From positions 1,490 through 65,489 of the forward strand of contig JAZKIP010000009.1 of NCBI GenBank assembly GCA_040384805.1: 64,000 bases of DNA. The letters run 5' to 3'. Every line of letters begins with the position of its first letter. Position 1 is the stretch's first letter. This DNA is from Patescibacteria group bacterium (GTDB lineage Bacteria; Patescibacteriota; Minisyncoccia; Phycocordibacterales; UBA9973). Positions 58,502 to 64,000 of this stretch are shown piece after piece. Made by a program: the position numbers and the translations under genes. The notes beneath the pieces are model-generated. The model worked only from the letters and a program-made list of their open reading frames with translations. It was not told the DNA's origin and did not search any database.

Positions 58502-58709
58502 GACACCATCCATGAAAATTATTTAGCCACCGGAAAAGCCACGCTTCTCCGGTGGCTTTTCTTTTTACCTCCCTAGATTTATATCACGTATCATTGACTT
58601 ATTCTATTTTTTATGTTATCATGCAAATGATATATAGCTCCTTGATATTTTTATTGGTTGAACAGAGAAGATCTCTACAGTCTTTTGCGTTCAACCAATA
58701 ATAAACAAA

Positions 58710-59489
58710 ATGAAGAAAACAATCTTTTTTGCGGTGATTTTTTTCATTGCCACACTTGTTCAGGGTCAAACCTCTTTGCAAAAAACGTCCGAGCAATTTC
58801 GGAATGGAAAATCAGTCTGGGATTTATTAAGCGATGATGAAAAGATAGGCGAATTCTGGCCTATTAATGGGCTTAACCTGGTAACTAAAGAAACTGACCC
58901 TGATATTTTTTCTCACCCCGACATCACGGCAATCCAGGCAAGTTTACGTGGCATTGCCACTGCGCCGGACGGAATGACAGCCGGCTCTCTCGGGTCTTAC
59001 CGCATGGAAGGCAAGTCACTTTCTCATGGCCGCCCTTGTGGCGATGGTTTCGTCTATCAGTATGGAATTGTGTGCGTAAGTCCGAATGGATACTCTATCC
59101 AGTTTACCCATGCAAATGAAGTGAAAAATTTTGATTCTCTGTATGCCCATTATCAGCAGATCGGAGCCACTTTATTTTTCCTGCCGAGTATTTTTCGTAA
59201 CGGGAATTTTCTTTCATCTGAGAAGATGATCGACAAAGTACTTGTACGAAGAACAACCTACGATGGTGAACAAATAGGAGTTATCCTGTTTGATCAACCA
59301 ACAACGTGCAACAAGGCACGGGAGATTATCTTAGGCTTAGACAGGCCCGGCAGATCTCAAACAACACATATCTATGTTTTAGACGGGGGACCGGCTTGGG
59401 GACAAGCTTGCAAGGAGACAAATGGAACTGTCACGGTACTGGGAACGCGCGATCCTCGCGTCGTGACCAACTATTTGGTTTTCTATTAA
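58710..59489 (+). CDS. secreted protein, distant phosphodiester glycosidase (NAGPA)-like
   Basis: Signal peptide; C-terminal YVLDGG...R.V.N resembles the NLDGGGS...R.V.N motif. Confidence 0.5.
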   Translation: MKKTIFFAVIFFIATLVQGQTSLQKTSEQFRNGKSVWDLLSDDEKIGEFWPINGLNLVTKETDPDIFSHPDITAIQASLRGIATAPDGMTAGSLGSYRMEGKSLSHGRPCGDGFVYQYGIVCVSPNGYSIQFTHANEVKNFDSLYAHYQQIGATLFFLPSIFRNGNFLSSEKMIDKVLVRRTTYDGEQIGVILFDQPTTCNKAREIILGLDRPGRSQTTHIYVLDGGPAWGQACKETNGTVTVLGTRDPRVVTNYLVFY

Positions 59490-59597
59490 AAAGATTTAAA
59501 ACAAGAAGTTCAATGGACCTGTCGAAATGACGGGTCCTTTTACATTGAGTTATTCTAAAACTACTCTTAATTTTATTTACCCCCTCTTTCATGTATA

Positions 59598-61496
59598 ATG
59601 CCCAATATGGATAAAAACAAAAAACAGTCAAAACAACCGAAACCCCCGCGAATTGGCAACCAGATTTTTGTTGCTCTTATGATATTTATAAGCATTACAA
59701 TTATTTATTCCTTTATTGCACGGCCCGCTGAAGATATTGAGAATCTCACGATCGCAGGCGTGGCTCAAAGCATCACTGAAGGTACGGTGGAGAAAATCGA
59801 AGTCGCGGGAAGCGATGTAACGGTTTACTTTCTCGATCAGAGAAAAGGCATTGCCAAGAAAGAAGTGGAAAGCTCCCTGTCTGAAACGCTCTCTCATTAT
59901 GGTGTCACTCCGGAGAAACTTGCCGCAGCTCCAATTGAAATAAAAGATGAAACAGGATTTACGTACTGGCTCCTTAATATCTTGCCGTTTCTCCTGCCGA
60001 TTGTGATCGTCGGATTCTTCATCTGGATGCTCACGCGCCAGGTCAAAGGCGCAGGCATGCAGGCATTCACCTTCGGACAGTCAAAGGCGCGCATAACGGA
60101 CCCCAATGACAAAAATAACCGGGTGACATTCAAGGATGTGGCCGGGGCGAAAGAAGCCAAAGAAGAATTGAAGGAGATCGTCGATTTTCTTCGCAATCCG
60201 AAAAAATTCCTCGACATCGGAGCACAGATTCCCAAGGGAGTTCTTTTAGCTGGAGCACCCGGTACGGGAAAGACCCTTCTTGCACGCGCTGTTGCCGGAG
60301 AAGCGGGGGTACCGTTCTTTCATCTCTCAGGTTCCGAGTTCGTCGAGATGTTCGTCGGCGTCGGAGCGTCACGCGTACGAGATCTTTTTAAGATGGCCAA
60401 GAAAGCTGCGCCCGCGATCGTTTTCATCGATGAGATTGACGCCGTCGGCCGCGTTCGCGGTACGGGCGTCGGTGGCGGCAATGACGAGCGCGAGCAGACT
60501 CTCAATCAGATCCTCGTCGAGATGGATGGATTCGAGCCTAATGAAAAAGTGATCGTCATGGCAGCCACTAACCGCTCCGACGTCCTTGATCCGGCACTGC
60601 TGCGTCCTGGCCGCTTTGATCGTCGGGTAATGCTTGATCTCCCTGACCGTTCCGATCGAGAAGAAATCCTTACGATCCATGCCCGCAAGAAGCCTTTCGC
60701 TGAAGATGTGAATCTTAAAGTCGTAGCAGAGCGAACGCCCGGATTCTCGGGAGCGGATCTCTATTCTCTTATGAACGAAGCGGCAATTTTGGCTGCACGC
60801 GAGGATCGTAAGAAAGTCGCTCAGTTTGACCTCATCCGTTCGATTGAAAAAGTGATGATGGGTCCCGAGCGCAAGAGCCATCTTCTTTCGACAAAGGAAA
60901 AAGAAATCACGGCGTATCACGAAGCGGGGCATGCTCTTGTCGCATCGGTCTTGCCATATGCCGATCCGGTTCACAAAGTTTCGATTGTTTCGCGCGGCCG
61001 CGCAGGAGGCTATACGCTTAAATTGCCCCTCGAGGAGCGCAGGCTCCAGAGCAAAAAAGAATTTATCGACGATATCGCGATGGCTATGGGAGGATACGCG
61101 GCAGAAAAGATCGTTTTCGGAGATATCACAACCGGACCGTCCAATGATCTTCAGGTCGCGACAAATCTCGCCCGTGCTATGGTTACTCGCTGGGGAATGA
61201 GCGATGAGATCGGGCCGGTCGCTATTGATTCGGACGGAGGAAAAACAATGTTCGGCGAAGGAGTCGGGGACAGTGATATTTCCGATGCGACGGCTACGAA
61301 AGTCGGCGTCGAGGTCAAGAAGATCCTCGATGCGGCCCTCAAGACAGCGGAACGCGTCATTAACGAGAAGCGCGCGACTCTCGATGCCATTGCTCGGAAA
61401 TTGATCGAAGTTGAGACTCTCGAGCAGAATGAATACAACCAGATCATAATTGCTAATGGAATCACCCCGAAGACAAAAGAGGGTGTGCAAGGATAA
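59598..61496 (+). CDS. ftsH: ATP-dependent zinc metalloprotease FtsH
   Basis: Two TM helices, [26 protein letters not shown]. Confidence 0.99.
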   Translation: MPNMDKNKKQSKQPKPPRIGNQIFVALMIFISITIIYSFIARPAEDIENLTIAGVAQSITEGTVEKIEVAGSDVTVYFLDQRKGIAKKEVESSLSETLSHYGVTPEKLAAAPIEIKDETGFTYWLLNILPFLLPIVIVGFFIWMLTRQVKGAGMQAFTFGQSKARITDPNDKNNRVTFKDVAGAKEAKEELKEIVDFLRNPKKFLDIGAQIPKGVLLAGAPGTGKTLLARAVAGEAGVPFFHLSGSEFVEMFVGVGASRVRDLFKMAKKAAPAIVFIDEIDAVGRVRGTGVGGGNDEREQTLNQILVEMDGFEPNEKVIVMAATNRSDVLDPALLRPGRFDRRVMLDLPDRSDREEILTIHARKKPFAEDVNLKVVAERTPGFSGADLYSLMNEAAILAAREDRKKVAQFDLIRSIEKVMMGPERKSHLLSTKEKEITAYHEAGHALVASVLPYADPVHKVSIVSRGRAGGYTLKLPLEERRLQSKKEFIDDIAMAMGGYAAEKIVFGDITTGPSNDLQVATNLARAMVTRWGMSDEIGPVAIDSDGGKTMFGEGVGDSDISDATATKVGVEVKKILDAALKTAERVINEKRATLDAIARKLIEVETLEQNEYNQIIIANGITPKTKEGVQG

Positions 61497-61499
61497 TAT

Positions 61500-61909
61500 A
61501 TGAAATCGCGGTTTTTAGCCTGCAGCCAATAGGCAGAGGAACATATTTTCTGGGGTATATATATCATACTTATGATCATGTCCGTGGCGTCCGGCATTAC
61601 GACGGTCTCTACTGGTATGTCCTCTCTGGGTGAGTTTCGATTCCATCCTGTTTCTCTCCTTTTACCTTTGCTGCTTTTGTATGGGATTATAAGCGTTTGG
61701 CGGATATTTCCAAGAATCCGTTTCTTCTCCTGCTCCTCCTTCTCCCTATCGCAAGTTTTTTTGAAGTTATATCAGCCAAAGACATTATGTCCTTTATCGA
61801 GTCTGATATAACGGTCCTTGATATCGCAACCGTGGCATTTTCCCTGTTCCTTATTTTTAAGAAAAGGGAAAAACATGCTCCCGAAGAGCGTATTGTTCGA
61901 AAAGACTAG
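61500..61909 (+). pseudogene. multiply frameshifted DUF805-like membrane gene, paralog of 62163-62603
   Basis: LQPIGRGTYFLG and WDYKRLADISKNP..LFLIFKK match the paralog but are separated by an in-frame stop; the N-terminus and middle read in another frame. Confidence 0.65.
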
Positions 61910-61948
61910 AAGTTATATAATGTATATTATTATATATTCACATAGATT

Positions 61949-62158
61949 ATGTCCCACATCAAAAAAATCGCCGTTTATATTCTTATTGCTTCTGTTTCTA
62001 TTCTGACCCTTGTTGCTATTTTGTCCGTCTGGGATGTCTTCTCAGATGACGTCTTGTGGAAGTCGATCTCAACGATTGGCATTGTCGCCTTTGGTGCTTT
62101 GATCGTCATTATCGTAAGTCAGGTGTTCGATCATAAAGAAAATCATCCGGAAATATAA
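61949..62158 (+). CDS. small two-TM membrane protein
   Basis: 69 aa, two hydrophobic helices. Confidence 0.7.
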   Translation: MSHIKKIAVYILIASVSILTLVAILSVWDVFSDDVLWKSISTIGIVAFGALIVIIVSQVFDHKENHPEI

Positions 62159-62162
62159 TAAT

Positions 62163-62603
62163 ATGAACTCACCCATCTTAAAACCGATCCGCAGACGCAC
62201 GTATGTCGTAGGACTCCTTGTTTTTGCTCTCATAAGCATGATATTCGGCCTTGGCATGTTCGTCACTCGCGGACCCCAGATTGCCGGAGGAACCCTTTCC
62301 TTTTTCTTGATTCTTGCCGTCCTGAGGCTCATATGGGATTACAAGCGCATCAAAGATATTTCGTTAAATCCCACCTATCTCCTCCTTCTCTTGATCCCTA
62401 TCGTCGGGAACCTCGTAAATCTGATCCGATGGCGGCCGGAAGGAGAGTTTTATCCGGGGACAGGAATAGAAATGATCATATTTGTGATAGTTTTTGGAAT
62501 TATAAGCCTCATCTATACTCTTTTCCTTATATTCAAAAAAGGCGCTATGCGGAGAATCCCTCCAAAAGGAAAAGAGATAGAAAACTTTCAGAAGCCTGCT
62601 TAA
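62163..62603 (+). CDS. DUF805-like membrane protein
   Basis: I.RR.Y, KRIKD....LLLLIPIVG; multiple TM segments. Confidence 0.65.
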   Translation: MNSPILKPIRRRTYVVGLLVFALISMIFGLGMFVTRGPQIAGGTLSFFLILAVLRLIWDYKRIKDISLNPTYLLLLLIPIVGNLVNLIRWRPEGEFYPGTGIEMIIFVIVFGIISLIYTLFLIFKKGAMRRIPPKGKEIENFQKPA

Positions 62604-62610
62604 TCCTAAG

Positions 62611-62652
62611 GCAAATGAAAAGATCCCTTACGTAAGGGATCTTTTCATTTGC
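62611..62652. terminator. 42-nt perfect palindrome / terminator
   Basis: gcaaatgaaaagatcccttac|gtaagggatcttttcatttgc. Confidence 0.85.
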
Positions 62653-62689
62653 ATGTCAGGCTTATTTTGGGTAGTATTGCAATATATAT

Positions 62690-62763
62690 CCACCCTTAGC
62701 TCAGTTGGTTAGAGCACAGAGCTTATACCTCTGGGGTCCTTGGTTCGAATCCAAGAGGGTGGA
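62690..62763 (+). tRNA. tRNA-Ile(UAU), CCA not encoded
   Basis: Cloverleaf CCACCCT/AGGGTGG, GCTC/GAGC, CAGAG-CTTATAC-CTCTG (anticodon TAT at 62724-62726), CTTGG-TTCGAAT-CCAAG, discriminator A. Confidence 0.93.
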
Positions 62764-62806
62764 CACTTTAAAAAACAAGCTAAACCTTGTTTTTTAAAGT
62801 GTCCAA

Positions 62807-62869
62807 GCCGGAGGCCGACGGGCCGAGGCCGGGTCGGGCAAATTTTTAGCAGAAAATTATGCCTGACGA
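62807..62869 (+). repeat. structured element downstream of tRNA (family copy E)
   Basis: Reverse complement ctcggcccgtcggcctccg matches copy C ctcggcccgtcggtctccg at 18 of 19 positions. Confidence 0.85.
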
Positions 62870-63076
62870 CACCAAAACAATATTAAAACTCCTTAATGTA
62901 AAGGAGAAAAAGCAGACCCCCCCCTTTTTTTTCTTTTAAAGTAAAAATCATGTGGTATTGACAAATTTTGAACTTCGTGATAGAATTTAAGAAGTAACAT
63001 TAAAATACATTCTTTTCTTTCTTGTAAAGTTGTATAATAAAAGTATTATTTTTTAAAGCCTATAAAAGGAAATAGT

Positions 63077-63367
63077 ATGAAAGACTTAAATCAGTTTATT
63101 GATAAGCTCATTGAAGAGAAAGGTTTTGACGAGAAAGACCCAGAAGTTCTAGAGCAAATCAAGACAGATCTCATAAGCCATCTTGAAGACCGCATTGATG
63201 CGATGGTACTTAATAATATAAAAGAAGAAGACTTGCCTGCTTTTGAAAAAGCTCTTGATTCGAACAATAAGGAAGAAATTGAGAAATTTACCCTTGAGCA
63301 CATCCCCGACATTAATGAAAAAGTCGCCAACGAAATGTTAAACTTTAGAAATATTTATTTAGGCTAG
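63077..63367 (+). CDS. acidic helical hypothetical protein (DUF5663-like)
   Basis: 96 aa; L..R.......F......IP.....V pattern typical of CPR. Confidence 0.65.
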   Translation: MKDLNQFIDKLIEEKGFDEKDPEVLEQIKTDLISHLEDRIDAMVLNNIKEEDLPAFEKALDSNNKEEIEKFTLEHIPDINEKVANEMLNFRNIYLG

Positions 63368-63371
63368 ACAT

Positions 63372-64000
63372 ATGGATAAAAAGATTTTCAAAGCAGCTAT
63401 TGTTGATACTACCCGTCTTGTCGAAGCGGAAGCCCGCGATGTGGCCGACCACAGGATGACTGAAAACAATGCCGATCGTTCTAACAAAAGTTTGATGTCT
63501 CGGATTTCCAGAACAATAAAACGGATTTGGACACATAATATTGCCCTAGAATACAATCGTCAAAAAGAAATAAAGAAAGTAAGAGGAGAGATATTAAAAA
63601 GCGGCAATTTATACATAGGCGAAGAGGACGCCGCGCAGAAAAGTGACGAAGCGATGAAGGCCATCGTTGAGCGCTTTACAAGTGAATTCGAATACGATCT
63701 ACTCCGTCAAGAAGAAAAAGACTCTAAAACACCGGCACATCGGGCCTTGAATGCCGAAATAGAAGATTTGATAAGAGATTTTGCTTCAGCGGTGGGACCT
63801 TTGGATAAGAGTGCTTTTGAAGCCGAAAAGAAAGACATAATCTCAAAGTACGACCCAAGTTATGGAAGCGAAGCAAAAATGCACGCTGATAACCTCTTTG
63901 AAATTCTCCAAGAAGTCCGCGATGCGATTGATCACGGCCAAAAGCTCGAAGAGATGAATTTTGAAGTTGAAGTTACTCTAGCCGAGGCTCGTGAAAGCCT
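63372..64000 (+). CDS. large hypothetical protein, 3'-truncated by the window edge
   Basis: ATG 63372 (MDKKIFKAAIVDTTRLVEAEARD...) appears open to the window end. Confidence 0.65.
   Translation, partial: MDKKIFKAAIVDTTRLVEAEARDVADHRMTENNADRSNKSLMSRISRTIKRIWTHNIALEYNRQKEIKKVRGEILKSGNLYIGEEDAAQKSDEAMKAIVERFTSEFEYDLLRQEEKDSKTPAHRALNAEIEDLIRDFASAVGPLDKSAFEAEKKDIISKYDPSYGSEAKMHADNLFEILQEVRDAIDHGQKLEEMNFEVEVTLAEARES

Noticed and set aside
60369-61490. Long antisense ORFs (373 aa opposite ftsH; also 43139-43903 and 33076-33744)
   Set aside because: Shadows of conserved sense genes caused by codon bias; no motifs or expression signals.
1-64000. Alternative genetic code (UGA=Gly, code 25)
   Set aside because: Conserved genes translate fully in code 11, and TGA ends purN, rplX and the HAD gene at plausible positions.

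Overview
Bacterial chromosome segment (genetic code 11), very probably from a Patescibacteria/CPR (Parcubacteria-like) organism. This is inferred from: no rpmD (L30) in the spc block, a trigger factor lacking its PPIase domain, an archaeal-type pyrH, a VirB2-like pilin next to a VirD4/HerA-like ATPase, and AT-rich starts without Shine-Dalgarno sites. In order, the window holds a glycosylation cluster end, clpP-tig, a three-gene RelE/HTH/unknown module, ppa-nusA, three secreted proteins, and the tuf-S10-spc block (split after rplB by an island with dgkA, pyrF, frameshifted pyrE and an amidohydrolase remnant). It continues with secY-adk-pyrH-map, pilin plus ATPase, ndk, a candidate 6S-like RNA, a beta-CASP nuclease, infC-rpmI-rplT, a near-complete de novo purine cluster (no purH in the window), smpB-tmRNA, ftsH and a tRNA-Ile with a UAU anticodon. 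The most notable unexplained structures are: a five-copy covarying structured intergenic element linked to tRNA/tmRNA 3' ends, an ORF with a duplicated internal signal peptide (possible polyprotein), a TAC-like toxin-antitoxin triad, an exact 180-bp repeat flanking rplX, a promoter copied between tuf and rpsS, and many long perfect palindromes. All calls were made by eye; no database searches were run.
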